A DNA stretch of 64,000 nucleotides from contig NGBS01000872.1 of the NCBI GenBank assembly GCA_002245135.1, positions 1 through 64,000 on the forward strand, read 5' to 3'. Every line of letters starts with the position of its first letter. The stretch's first letter is position 1. Shown in pieces: positions 49,136-62,708 of this stretch. Below the pieces are notes generated by a model, which saw only the letters and a list, made by a program, of their open reading frames with translations, ran no database searches and was not told where the DNA came from. The position numbers and the translations under genes are program-made. This DNA comes from Proteromonas lacertae (Eukaryota).

Positions 49136-50179
49136 TATCAACAATGAATATGTAAAATGGGAATGTGTTTTATTTGATGAATCTACTAAAAGAAAGAATA
49201 ATTTCTTTTCATCCTCGTTATCTCCAGATTTGATAAATAAATATATTGAAACAGCAAATAATTTACTTGGTACTGACTTGAAGAATAAAACATTATCATT
49301 ATTTAAAAATGAAATAGAAGCATCTTTATATCATTACCAAAGAAATGTAAATGAAATAAACAACACCATCAGCTTATACAAGGATCATATTAGCAATGAT
49401 ATTAAATGGATAAAGGACAGTACTGAAAAAACGATGGATGTATGTAAAGAGAGATATGAAAGAATAAAGACAGAATATGGTTATACTGACGTGATAATTG
49501 TATTATTCTTTATATTCTGTGATTATAGAATGGAATAACAAGTAAGAGTAATTCAGAATATGAAAGACTTGTATATAGAACTTTGTATGATAATAATGAT
49601 TGTTTATTATATGCTTAGAATGAGGTGTAGACGTGTATCAAACAATTTAAATTCATCATACCTAGAAAAAATTAGAGCAATTGAAGATAAAATGCTTGAG
49701 AATGATGCAATGAGTGAAGAAACATTAAATGAATTATTTAATGAAGCAACTGCATTGTATGAAGAGATTAAAGAAAGCTATTCAATAAAACAAAAGGTAT
49801 TTCTCGCAATTCTATAATGAAAATAGTTTATAATCAGTAGTAGAAGAGAAAAACCAGTTATGTCATTTAGTGTTTCTAAAAATAGTAGTGGTAGAGAAGA
49901 AATACGTGATGAAATGTATATATTATTATTTATAATTGTTGTAGAAAAGATATAAAGAAATTATTTCAGAATATAGATCATTCTCTCCTTCCAAATCATA
50001 TGTTAGATAAATTGGAGAATAATTTGGATGAAGTTGATGAAGAAGATTTAATAGGTATTGCCTACGACCTTGACTACATAAGATACAATTACAATTATAA
50101 ATCGAAAGATGCTGTAGATATTGCAAAGTATATACAGAAATTAGGACCATTATGTAAGTATTTGCATTCTAAAAGATAA
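47804..50179 (+). CDS. Divergent Hsp70/Hsp110-like protein B
   Basis: Same NBD as gene A; KNEIEASLYHYQ motif in a divergent C-terminus. Confidence 0.8.
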
Positions 50180-50226
50180 TGTGATTAGATAATAAAAAAA
50201 TAAAAGTATAAATAATTATATATTTT

Positions 50227-51269
50227 TTAACTATCTTGTTTGAAAAATGAAGTATAAGCTTCTTGCATTTCTATATAATACATATAACAAATGATTAGTT
50301 ATACCTATTAAATGTTCACTGACATTTAAATCTTTTGCATAAAGATTTAACTGTTTCTCCATTCCTAAACCTGCAATTCCATATCCATTGGCTTTATCAC
50401 ACAACATTAACACTGTTCCTACACTTTCTTTATCTTGAATATTCAAAAGTGTATAATTTAATAAATCAAATTCATTTATTATTTCACCTATCAATTCGTT
50501 CAGTCTTTTATATTTTTTCATAAATTCTGAATTATCTTTTTCAGAATATCCACTATATATATAATATTAGTATAAATAATAATAATTATTACATACTGTA
50601 TTAATTCTGCCATTACAGTCATATCATCAGGTTGAGTATAAAACTCTAAGGAAAAATCCAAAGTCCCATTCTTCTCAATTAAATCAACTTTTGACAATAC
50701 ATTTACATGAGGTAATTCTAATTGAAGCATTGTATTTAGTGATACTAATGATGTTGATATGTAATTTGAAGGATTTGAACAATGAAATGAATCTACTAAA
50801 TGAACACAACATAAGCTAAATGAACGATATTATACACAAATAGTTATACTCTAAATCCTTCTTTTTCTAATCGTCTAATAATGTTACGTAGAGATGTATT
50901 ATGAGTATATAATTCAACTTGACCTGGACAATCAAACAGAATATAACAATCTTCAAATTCTTTTAATTTATTAGTCAGCCATTCAATATTCTTTTCTAAA
51001 GTTTCTATGCAATATATTAATCCGCCATTGGGGCCTAAATTGTATAATTCCATCACATCGTCGAGTGTGATTAATTCATTTATATCAATAGCACTTTCAT
51101 ATCTAATAAACAATCAATAATTATTCTAATACATTAAAAATGTATTTGCAGGATCTAGATTTACAATTATAGTTTCTCTACCCAATTCAACAAGAAATTC
51201 TTTCATTCCCTTACAATATGTACTTTTTCCACTACCTGGAGGACCTGCTACTATTTGACCAAATGACAT
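50227..51269 (-). CDS. GPN2: GPN-loop GTPase 2
   Basis: [36 protein letters not shown] and [13 protein letters not shown]. Confidence 0.92.
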
Positions 51270-51334
51270 ATTCGCTTTTTTAATTTCAAACCACTTCAAG
51301 CTTTTGATACAATTTTGTTGTTTTTCACACGAAG

Positions 51335-51985
51335 ATGAATAATGTAGCCAAAATGCGTATTAAAAAGGAATTACAAATGATACAGGCAGAACCCCCTCCT
51401 GGTATTTTTAAAATGTCTATTTTTTGAAAAGGAATACAAGTTTGGATGAAAGGCGATTCTATTTTTGAATTAGAAGCAGGTATTCATACATGATTTAAAA
51501 ATAGATATATCTGGCCCTTCTGATACACCATATGAAAATGGCATTTTCAAAGTTTCAATATCATTATCTGAAAGATATCCATTCACACCGCCGAATGTAA
51601 GGTTTATAACACCTATTTATCACCCAAATATCGACTCTTCTGGAAGAATATGTTTAGATACTCTTAAAATGCCACCTCAAGGAAGTTGGATGCCTAGTGT
51701 TAATATTAGTACATTGTTACTAACGATTCGATTATTAATGGAGTCTCCAAATGCAAGTGATGGTTTAGTTCCAGAGATTGTATATTTTGCATAAATATTT
51801 TGTATTAGACTGAAGAATACATTAGAAATTATGAGAAATTTAAAATGAATGCAATAAACAGTACAAATCAATATGCAAAACCAAATGAAATTAAGAAAGA
51901 CATAGGAGTGAAAAGAAAAAATGAAGAGAGTGATGAAATAAAAGAAAAAGAATCCACACAGAAGAATAAAAAAGCAAAAAAATAA
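51335..51985 (+). CDS. UBE2T: Ubiquitin-conjugating enzyme E2 T
   Basis: [26 protein letters not shown]; three introns. Confidence 0.88.
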
Positions 51986-52006
51986 TCTAATTATTTATAT
52001 GTAAAT

Positions 52007-53467
52007 CTATATGTCTGTTGGTTCTCTAATTAATAAATAAGCTTTTGGAAGTTGATAAAAAAAATAACCTTCATCAATATTCTTCAAAACAAAACCAAAT
52101 TTTTGATAGAACAACACATTTTCATACTTATGTGTTTCTAAAACTATTTTTAAATGGAATATTTCACTATATCTAATCAAAGCTTTCATTAATTCACTAC
52201 CATATCCTTTACCTTGTACATTACTAAATATAGCTAATATATGAACATAAATATATTCACTATTCTTACCAACAAATGATTCTCTTATAAACTTATATCT
52301 ATATTCTATACTAATTCCTCTAATCAAAGTCATATAACTTACATTCTTATTCCTTAATATTCCATTTGATAAATTTGTAAATTTTCTAAATTCATAGTTA
52401 TCAATTGATTCTCTACTATCAAATATACTGAACGCTAAACCACCAACTAACTCATTATCATTACTTTTAGCAAATAAACAACAACCATGAGAAGCATAAC
52501 TTTCAATTCCACCTTGTAGCATTGGCTTCATGCATTTATCAACAAAAGATATAGTTTCTTTTGAATAATTTGATGGATTAACTCTTTCTGGTGGATTTAT
52601 ATATCCTGATATCATGAAGAAGAGACAAGGATCAGTTAAAAATGCATCTTTAATCAGTTCAATTCCTTTCATCTCTTCTGTGAAATTCTCTTTATCTTTT
52701 TCTGATTTTAGGTTGTTTATCAGTTCATATGGATTATTAGAATTTGCTAATTCAATTGGCATTTCTTTACTTGTGCACCATTCTAGTTTAATATGAGATT
52801 TTTGAGATAAAAATGGATTAATGAATATGCTATTTTCTTTTTCTTCTTTTTCTTTTTCTACTTGAGATATAATGGTTGTTGGTGATTTTGAAGATAATAT
52901 TTTATTGAAGTGATCTTCTACTGGATGAAGTGATGTACAAATACTCTTAAAAGTACAATCGAATGATTTATATATTGAATCAATACTCTCATTATTAAAT
53001 GTTGAGAAAAATGACACTTCTGATAGTTTATAATCTTTTAGCACACCATTGATAGTTTCTCTTAAACATATTTGTAGTGCTACTTTATTCACTAATGCAT
53101 CACATCCATATCCCAAAACTAAAAATGAGGATTTACTTTTTTCTTCTGATACTATAGTTTTTAGAAATTCCTGATGTTCAGGTAATGTAAGAACATCTTT
53201 AAAGACATTACTAATGTTATCCAGTGACATACAAAAAATGAAGCATTGGATAGAATAATCTTTGTTTAATATGCATTTTGAGTATAATGGATGATGCGAA
53301 TTTATATCATCTAAAAACTTGCCTATATAACTTCGAAGATTATATTCATTTGGACATTCTGTTTTAGGATCGTATATAGATCTGAACAAATTGGAGTGAA
53401 ACAATAAATTGATAATGTTATGTTTGTAATATTGTGGAATATCTTGAAATCGTAGTAAATAAGACAT
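52007..53467 (-). CDS. GNAT acetyltransferase with long unknown N-terminus (intronless)
   Basis: YVHILAI..VQGKGYGSELM, LET and NVLFYQKFGF. Confidence 0.8.
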   Translation of the reverse strand: MSYLLRFQDIPQYYKHNIINLLFHSNLFRSIYDPKTECPNEYNLRSYIGKFLDDINSHHPLYSKCILNKDYSIQCFIFCMSLDNISNVFKDVLTLPEHQEFLKTIVSEEKSKSSFLVLGYGCDALVNKVALQICLRETINGVLKDYKLSEVSFFSTFNNESIDSIYKSFDCTFKSICTSLHPVEDHFNKILSSKSPTTIISQVEKEKEEKENSIFINPFLSQKSHIKLEWCTSKEMPIELANSNNPYELINNLKSEKDKENFTEEMKGIELIKDAFLTDPCLFFMISGYINPPERVNPSNYSKETISFVDKCMKPMLQGGIESYASHGCCLFAKSNDNELVGGLAFSIFDSRESIDNYEFRKFTNLSNGILRNKNVSYMTLIRGISIEYRYKFIRESFVGKNSEYIYVHILAIFSNVQGKGYGSELMKALIRYSEIFHLKIVLETHKYENVLFYQKFGFVLKNIDEGYFFYQLPKAYLLIREPTDI

Positions 53468-53567
53468 TTTAAAGAAATTTCTGTTCTTTTTTAAAAAATG
53501 ATGATTTTCTTTGTTTATTAAACTTACTCCATATCAAAACCAACAAAAAATCAACAACAAATAAATA

Positions 53568-54170
53568 TTATTCAACAACAGTTGCAGAATTAATCACCAC
53601 ATCAACAATAGGTCTATCATTTTGATCAGTTTTTGCATATGATATTTTTTGCACTGTTTTCATCCCTGATGATATTCTTCCAAATATTGTATGTTTTCCT
53701 ATACAAAAAATAAAACATACACATACCATCTAACCAAGGAGTTGGAGCTAATGTGATAAAAAATTGACTGCCATTTGTATTTGGACCTGAATTTGCCATT
53801 GATAATATACCAGCACCAGTATGTTTTAGTAATGGAGTTATTTCATCTTCAAATTTACCACTGTTCACATAATAATGAAATATAAATTATAAAAATGAAT
53901 ACCCAAATATAGAATCTCCACCTCTTCCAGTTCCTGTTGGATCACCTCCTTGAATCACAAAATCCTATAAAATTATATTTATAATTAAAAATCAATACTT
54001 TTACAATTCTGTGAAATATCACACCATTATAATAACCTTTTCTAGAAAGCCCAATAAAGTTCTCACATGTTCTAGGCGCTTCATTTACGTATAATTCAAC
54101 TGTGAACTGACCCTAATTAACACTAATAAGGCAATTATACCATTGATGTATCGAATAATACTTGCGGCAT
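53568..54170 (-). CDS. PPIL1: Cyclophilin PPIL1
   Basis: [58 protein letters not shown]. Confidence 0.93.
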
Positions 54171-54229
54171 TGAGAAAAATGAAAAATTAATATCAAGTTC
54201 TATCAAACTTATTTGAATTGGGTTTGAGA

Positions 54230-55600
54230 ATGATGAAGTTTTTTGCTTGTTTTCTCATTATTGCAGTATTTGCAGCATCTGTAGAAGCAAGAAAAAAGCA
54301 GCCAAAGCAAACTTTCAAGTTTGAGAAAAAAGATAAGTTAGAAGATCAACCTGTATATACATTTTGATTTTTATCGTATAATAGTATGATGTAAGAGTTG
54401 GATTAGTTGAAGAATTAGACTATAAAACAGTTTTACATGAATATAACCATATTTTAAAGAATATGACAATAAAGAGATTTGATTATGATGTTTTAGGATT
54501 TGTTACACCTTGGAATAGTGATATCTTTTTTATTATATATAAATAATGAATACATTTTCCTTAACAAATGATAAGCGGTTATGATGCAGCAAAGAAATTC
54601 CGATCAAAATTCACACATATATCACCAGTGTGGTATCAGATTAGAAGAGATCAAAAAACTAACATACCAACATTAACAGGAGGACATGATGCAGATGTGA
54701 ATTGGATAAGTATTGTTTTATTTATTTTAATAATTTAAAATAGAAGAAGTAAGAGGAAATTGTTCAATATATTGTCCACGTATTGTTCCACGTGTAATCT
54801 GGGAAATGGAAAAAGCAGATGAAAATGATTTAATGACGATATTAAAATTAATTGAAAATGAAATAGATGATTTAGAATATGATGGAATAGTGTTTGAAAT
54901 AACAATATCAGCTCAAGTTTTACCATTTATTCAATCATTATCATCAGTAATTCATCAAAAGAAAGGACCAGCAGGTGATAGACATTTAATAGTTATATTG
55001 CCACCAAATAGATGTATATATATTATTATTATTATTTAAATAGCATCTGATCCTTATACAGCTAGAATTGATTATGATGTGACACCAACAATGTATAACC
55101 AATTGGTAATGGTATTTTTAATATATATATATATATATATAGAGTTGTGATAGAGTATTAGTAATGACATATGATTATGCAGTAACGTTGAGAGGTGGTC
55201 CAAATTGTCCAGTAAAATGGATGAAACACTCAATACGATCATTGATTGGTCCAAATTCAAGAGAAGGTGGAAAAATATTAATGGGAATACCATTTTATGG
55301 ATATGATAATCAACAAGCAATATTAGGTCAAACAATGCTTGAACAATTGTTTGAATATAAGCCAGAGATTGTGTGGGAGAATAATTATAAAGAACATTAT
55401 TATGAGTATATTTATTATTTTCTATTTTATTCCATATTTTTTTAAATAATAGATATATGAAAGGTAAAGAAAAACATTTAGTCTATTATCCAACGTTAAA
55501 GATGCTTTATGATCGATTAGAATTAGCTAACTCATTAGGATGTGGAGTTGGAATATGGGAAATTGGACAAGGATTAGATTATTTTTATGATGTTTTCTAA
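54230..55600 (+). CDS. CHID1: Chitinase domain-containing protein 1 (GH18-like)
   Basis: Signal peptide, [30 protein letters not shown] and [15 protein letters not shown]. Confidence 0.9.
54521..54574 (+). other. U12-type intron, apparently AT-AA
   Basis: 5' ATATCTTT and perfect TTCCTTAAC branch; the AA acceptor restores PWNSGGYD. Confidence 0.75.
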
Positions 55601-55666
55601 TTTCAAAGAAATGGACAAAAAATAATATAATAATAAGAAAATATAAAAATTGTATTTTTCTTTATT

Positions 55667-56309
55667 TTAATCATCCTTTTTCTTATCTACTTCTACTTCT
55701 TTCATATTTTCTTGGTGATATCTTAATAAGGATTCTTTTTCTTCAGCCTTTTCTTCTGGATTTAGTTTTTCTGCTGTTGCATTTAGAGTATCTTTACCTT
55801 TTCAGCACCTACTTCAATACCCTATAGTTTTTAAAAATACTAACAATACTTTTCCAAGCTTATCTGTAATTTCATACTTTTGATTAACATCTTTTGCTTT
55901 ATTCATCACAGCATCTTTTGCACTATTTATTTTCTCAGTTATTTCAAACTTTTCGTTTACTTCTTTAGCTTTTTCCATTGCGATTTGCGCACCAGTTTTT
56001 ATTTTCTCTGTAACCTATTAAATATCATACGAGTTATAATAATACTTTATATTCTTCATTTATATGTTGTGCTTTGGCATAAACACCTTGCATCGCTGCA
56101 GCAGCTGCAGCGGCTGTTTCTGATAATACTGCAGCTAACTATAATAATCATTAACATATTTTATCATTACTTTTGAATCTGGTTTGTTTACTTTGACATG
56201 ATGAAAATCTTCTTCTTTCTTTTCAACTTTAGGCTCTTCTGCTTTATTTTCTGGTTTATTCTAGTAGTTATTATAAGTATAGTAGATGTACATTGCTATT
56301 GTTTTCCAT
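55667..56309 (-). CDS. Small helical-repeat protein (AK..N.KYEIT.K repeats)
   Basis: Multi-exon; paralogous to the C-terminal half of the neighbouring gene. Confidence 0.6.
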
Positions 56310-56525
56310 AGTAATTTATAAAATGATAAAAATAACAAAAAAGAGTGATATGGATTTTTACAAGTGATAATTGTGTTTCTTTTTTCTTTAGTCGTGTTTT
56401 GTGGGATTAATATATAACACGATTATTTTTGTACAACACAAAAACAATATTTACATACAAAATAGAGATAAAATACACTATTAATGTGTTCAATAATTTA
56501 AAAATTAATAATAATATGCTATTAT

Positions 56526-57488
56526 CTACTTGTAATATTGTTGTGGCTGGTATTGCTGCATATGTCGGATCAGCTGGTGGTGGTTGTGTTGGATATTGAT
56601 ACTGTGGTTGATATTGTTGTTGAGGTTGTGATGGTTGATCACTTAAAGCTTTAGTAATAGCGTCAGCAGCAATAGCTATACCTTTTGCTGTATATTTAGC
56701 ACCTACTTCAACTCCCTATAAAATACATATATCGAATTGAGTAAATACATGAGCTACTTTCTGATGAATCTCATATTTCTGGTCAATTTCTTTTGCTTTA
56801 TGATAAACAGTCTTAGCTGCTTGTCCTACTTTTTCTGTTACTTTGTATTCACCATTTATTTCTTTTGCTTTATTATATCCTTTATTTACAACACCACAGG
56901 TAGCTACAGTCGCTTTCTTAGCGTTGTCTACAACATGATATTCTTGGTCTATTTCTTTACATTTATGAGCAGTCACAGCTACAGCATGTCCAACTTTGTC
57001 AGTCACTTGATATTGTTGATTGAACTATGTAATAAGAAAAAATGATATTATACTTGATATGCAGCACTTGCTGCTGCTACAGCACCAGTAGCCATTTGCA
57101 CTGTAATATTAGTGTTACCTGCTCCTGGAACAACACTACCTAGAGGAATATTACCTGGAATTACATTTCCAACTGGAGCTTGAGGTAATGGTGGTGGATA
57201 AACAATTGTTGGAGTAGAAACAGTCTGTGGATACGCTTTCATTAAAGTATTAAGTCTATTAATGTAATTATTTAACGCTTGGACGTATGGGTCTCTTGGC
57301 TCATTAGGAGCTAATGTTTTAATTATTTCCTGAATTTGACTTGTGGCTAGTTGATAACTAAGAGAAAATTACACAAAATTAACGATATACTGTTGTATAG
57401 CCTCTGGGTATTGCTTATTGTTATCGTATTGTATAGCTATACTCGCTTCATTCATAGCTTGTTTTATTTGCTGATCTCTGGCTGACAT
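56526..57488 (-). CDS. MIT-domain, Pro-rich and helical-repeat protein
   Basis: AIQYDNNKQYPEAIQQY..YINR MIT-like; repeats AKEIDQKYEIHQKV; PQY-rich tail. Confidence 0.7.
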
Positions 57489-57591
57489 TTTGTTTTGACA
57501 ATTCCAAAACAAAATTTAAACTCACTCTATTTTTTTGAACTAAAACCAAAAGACACAAACAGACATTCAAATAATATATATTTTTCAATGA

Positions 57592-58919
57592 TTACAAATC
57601 TGCTCCATGTTCAGATAAGTAACTGGCAGCATATTCTTCATTTTTATCACATGCAAAATAAGCTTGAATCACTACTTCTCTTGGCAACTGGAAGATTTCA
57701 ACCAAACGATTCACAGCTTCATTCTCTTCTGGTGTTAATTGAATGACTTGTCGTGGTGGCATTCCTGGAGCGCCTGCACCTGGAGCTCCACCTGCTCCTA
57801 AAGCACCTAAGCTAATTGCAGCCAACAATTGAGTATATTGTTGTGGTGTAATTCCCATTGATCGTAACGTGCTATTCCTTTGACTTTCATCCATATATGA
57901 TAACTGTTGAATCAATACTGCCAATTGTTGTCTATCAATATTTGGTGGTATACCTGGTATGCCAGCAATACCACCTGGAGCACCAGCAGGTGCTGAATCA
58001 TCTTCATTTAATAATGCAGTGAATTCATCTAAATTGTTATTAATTACATCTAACAAATCAGGATTATCTCTTTGAACTCTTTCCAATACAGTTCTAATAG
58101 CGCTTGGATTCTCTCTAATCTGTTGCTTCATCTCTTGGAAGTAAGGTAATGCTCTGATTGCTGCAAACTTATCATTTGCACCTACTGGTATCATTCCTGG
58201 CATTGGAGCTACTCCTGCTGCTGGTGGTGCTACTCCTCCTGCTGCTGCTGGTGCTCCTGCTGGTGGTGCTCCTGCTCCACCTGCTGCAGTTGGAATACCA
58301 TCATTCAAATATTCAAATGCTCTATCAGCATTATTAAATGCAGCTAACATCGCAGCTCTTACATCAGCTTCAGCATAACCCATGCTTACTAGGTTCTGGA
58401 TGGCTGTTTCAGCTTCTGGATCAGTACGAGCTTGTTGGGGAATAGCTGCACCTGCTGGTGGTGGAGCTTGAGGAAGATGAGCTGGTGGAGTTTGTATTGG
58501 TTGTTGTTGTGGAGGTGGAGCTACAACTGGTGGTGGTGATACAGGTGCTGGTGCTTGGGCTGGTACTGGTCTTGGTGCTACTGGTGCAGCTGCTCCTCCT
58601 GCTTTACCCTATATATGTAATAAACGAAATTGACATACTGGCATGCAAACAACGAAGGAATTGGTTGAAACTCCTGCTGCACCGAGTGTAGATGAATCAT
58701 CAGTAAGAAGTTTGCCTTTATGTATCTATCATGTAAAAAGGGTTATTATACCAGTTTCATTCCATCTTTTGGATAAGCAGGTCCTTTTGTAGTTTCAATA
58801 AGAGCTTTTAATTCAGCAACCTGCAAAAATAATATTTGCATTTATACAGTCATTTCAGGATTGGCTTCTACTTCAAATTTATCACCAGTTAATGATTTAA
58901 CAGTTAATTTAAATGACAT
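57592..58919 (-). CDS. RAD23: UV excision repair protein RAD23
   Basis: UbL (LTVKSLTG), UBA (MGY..AFNNADRAFEYL), XPC-binding region and UBA2 (QAYFACDKNEE). Confidence 0.95.
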
Positions 58920-59039
58920 AGTTCTGCAAAAACAATAAAATGATAAATGTACTTCTAAGAAAAGTGAAGAAGAATAAACCAATAATGAATTTAATCGAAA
59001 CGGCTTAATTTTTTGTTAATCAATTTTTGATGATAATTC

Positions 59040-59708
59040 ATGTATGGTCTAATTGATCTAAAAAATAAGAATAAAAATAAGTTAGAAAAACGAAAGTCTA
59101 TATTTGACGATAGTGACGAGGATGATGATAATAGTTCCAAGTTAGATCCTAAAAAACGTAAATTGCCTACATTATCTAGAGTTAAAACAAAACGAAGTAT
59201 GATTCATCATTTATAATATGTGTGCTAGTATGCGGAAGAACAAATTAAAGCAATATCTGAAGATCCAGACATATTTGACTATGATGCATGGAAAGATAAT
59301 GTTCAAGAAGAAGAAACTCCAAGTACTGAAGAAGAAAAAAGAGAAAGAAAGAAAGTATGTTTTTAATAGGTTTTATTCAATAGCCTCGTTACATTCAAGA
59401 TATACAAAGAAGAACAGCAGAAAGAAAACGAGAACTAGATATATATGCAGAAAGAACAGCTTAAAAAAGAAAGAGAGAAAGAAGATCAAGAGTTTGGTGA
59501 TAAAGAAGTGATAGTTACTGAAGCCTATAAACGTAAATTAATAGAAGATAAGAAATGGGAAGAAGATCAGAAGAAGAAAGAAGAAGAAGAGAAGAAGAAT
59601 GATGTTAGGAAAAAAGATGATTATACCTTTAGTTTTTATAAGAATTTTCTTAATGATGAAGAAGAGCATCGAGAAAAACATCATCATCATCACAAAAAAC
59701 ATCATTAA
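59040..59708 (+). CDS. NSRP1: Nuclear speckle splicing regulatory protein 1 (CCDC55)
   Basis: EDPDIFDYD, PRYIQ and EFGDKEVIVTEAYKRKL. Confidence 0.85.
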
Positions 59709-59758
59709 ATAAATAACAGCAATTTTCATATTAAATAGTAATTATTTGTGTTGTGTAT

Positions 59759-60286
59759 TTAATCTTCTTCTTCTTCTTTTTCATTATCATCACTAGAATA
59801 CTCATCACATGCTATTCTGTTAGGATTATCCATCAACAAATCATCTTCAACAATATCATTTTCTTTATTAGCCTCTTTTTCTTTTCCTTTATCTTGATTG
59901 AAATATTCTGGCCATATACCTTCAGATTTCAGATATTTTACTTGATTAGGTTGTAATATATTGCATATACTGAAAGTCACTTTTCCTTTCTCTCCTGTTG
60001 CAGTTTCTATATCAGCTTCACTTTTATTGACAATAAGATAATCACCTTCGCTTTATCCAAATAAGTTTTCTAAATTTACTTGGCAGAATTGCAAGCTGTA
60101 TTTCTGAATCTGGTTTATCAATCTAGCAAATATTATATTTTGATAGTATACAACTTCAAACATATTACCACCTCTTGATCCCTTCACTTGGACTATCACC
60201 TGATCTTCTGTTGGAATTGGAGTTCCATTGTATGTTTCTTGCGTTATATTCTTACGATACTTTGTACGTCTTTTAACTCCTGACAT
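59759..60286 (-). CDS. EIF1AD: eIF1A domain-containing protein
   Basis: SRGGNMFEV, LPSKFRKLIWIK and LKSEGIWP. Confidence 0.88.
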
Positions 60287-60383
60287 TTTTTAGCAAATAC
60301 TAATCACTCAAATATGAGAAAATGAGTAAATTAAATAATTCTGGTTTGAGGCTTGATACATTTTCATTTCTTCTAACATAGAA

Positions 60384-62610
60384 ATGCCAGCAGCAGCACA
60401 AGCAGAAAATGAAGAAGAAGGTGGTGGTGGTGGTTTACAGTCTATCTTAACAATGGTTATGGTATTCATGCTAGTCCAGTCTTTCATGGGTGGTAGAAAT
60501 GCACCAGCTAAAGAAGCAACACCTGTGGAAAAGTCAGTACCTTTCCAACAACAGTCAAAACCAGTTGAAACAGTGAAAACTGCAGCTAATTTGGACAATC
60601 TATGGCCAAAAGGAACACAAATGGTATTTATATAAAATTATGTCATTGTTATAAATATAGAATATCAATGTGTATATTGATACGGAGGAAGAATTCTCAG
60701 ATTTTGACAATAAAGAGAAATTAATATGGTATGAACCAAGTTTAACCTATGATTTCCATGATGAAAACAAAAGAGAAGAAAATGTTACATTCAAATTAAC
60801 AGAAGCCATGCAGAACAATGCAACAATTTATGTGCATATATACATTAACAAAGAAGATGCACCAATAGATCCAACGTTCCCTAATTACAATAAAGAAGAT
60901 GTTATATATAAAAGAAGACGTATAATATATTTTTCATTATTAATTTTGTTATTTAGAATTGAATACTTACATAATGAATCCTCTCCGTGAAGGTCATAAC
61001 TTAGTCAATCACAGCAGTACAGTAGAATTAGACGAAAATATCACTAAAAGAATACCAGGTGAATATTATTCATACTGGAAACCTCAACTAACATTCCATT
61101 TAATCTGTGATTGGAATAGATATCCATCCAGTTTCTTAAAGATGCCACAAATGAAGGATTATATAATATTATCGGAAGATGGTAATTATTATTATCCTAT
61201 TGTCTATTTCAATGAGTTTTCCATTGTTAAGAGATTATTATATTCCATTGAATGAAACAATATCAGAAGTACCAATACAATTCTATTATAACGGAATGGG
61301 TTATCAAAGATTCCAAATGCAATCACAAATGGAATGGATGTGGAAAATGCAAGAGAATTGGGGATTAGCAGTAGAAGATGAATTTGATGAAATAAAAAGA
61401 ATATTTTTAGAGACAAATCCATGGTTTTTAGGTGTAACTATGTTTGTTTCTATATTACATTCTGTTTTTGATTTCTTAGCGTTTAAAAATGATATTTCCT
61501 TTTGGAATAATGCAAAGAGTTATGAAGGATTAAGTACAAAGACATTATTCTTAAATGCATTCTTTCAATTTGTTATATTATTATATTTACTTGATAATGA
61601 GACTAGTTGGATGATTATAGGTAGCAGTGCTATTGGTGTAGTCATAGAACTATGGAAAATAAGAAAAGTATTAAGAGTCAAACTAGTTTGGTGGAAAAAT
61701 GCCATTCCATACTTAAAATTTAGAGATCGAATGTCTTATGGTTCAAATAAGACTCGAAAATATGATAATATAGCAATGAGATATTTGATGTATATATTAT
61801 TCCCACTAGTTATTGGTTCATCAATATATTCATTATATTATAATAAATATAAGAGTTGGTATTCATGGGTATTAAGTAGTTTAACATCCGTTTGTTTATA
61901 CATTTGGCTTTATTACAATGACTCCTCAATTGTTTATTAATTATAAAATGAAATCAGTTGCACATTTGCCTTGGAAAGCAATGATCTATAAGTCATTAAA
62001 TACATTTATTGATGATTTATTCGCTTTTATTGTGAAAATGCCTACTCTACATAGATTAGCTTGCTTTAGAGATGATATAGTGTTTTTCATATATTTATAT
62101 CAAAGATATATTTATCCAGTGGATAAGAAACGAAGAAATGAATTTGGTTTAACTGGAGAAGAAGAAGAAAGATTAGCTGCATTAAGAAAAGCTGGAAGAA
62201 GTAATATTAAATTTGAAGATTTACAGAATCCAAATATTCTTAATGATTTGAATGAGAAAGATAAAGAAGAAGAAGAAAAGAAGAAAAAAGATGATGAAAA
62301 GAAGAAGAAAGAAACTGAAGAAAAAGAGGAGGAAATTAAAGAACCAACAGTTAAAGATAACAAACATGATGGTTTGAGAAGAAGAGGTGTAGCTAGTGAG
62401 AAGAAGGAAGATAACAATGATGATGATGATAGATTTGAAGAATTACCAGTAGAAGTTGATGATGATGAAAATAACAACAATAGTGATGAAAAGAAAGAAG
62501 GTGAGAATGAGAATAGTACAACTGATGTACAAGTTCAAGAATTTCATCATAGATCAAAGTATGATGTTATTCCAATGAATGAGTGGATTATGACTGATGA
62601 CGATGATTAG
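60384..62610 (+). CDS. CLPTM1: CLPTM1 family membrane protein (apparent 1-nt insertions ~61222, ~61889)
   Basis: LETNPW, FLAFKNDISFW and MTPQLFINYKMKSVAHLPW..LNTFIDDLFAF. Confidence 0.93.
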
Positions 62611-62708
62611 TTGATTAATTAGTTTTTTTCTCGCAATATATCTCATTATTATTGTTTTGTTTTTTTTTTAGCTCAAGCACTGACCGAGCTTTGACATTCT
62701 TTTACCTA

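Noticed and set aside
55120..55142. (TA)n tracts as functional repeats
   Set aside because: Simple microsatellites inside introns, also at ~41800 and ~47065.
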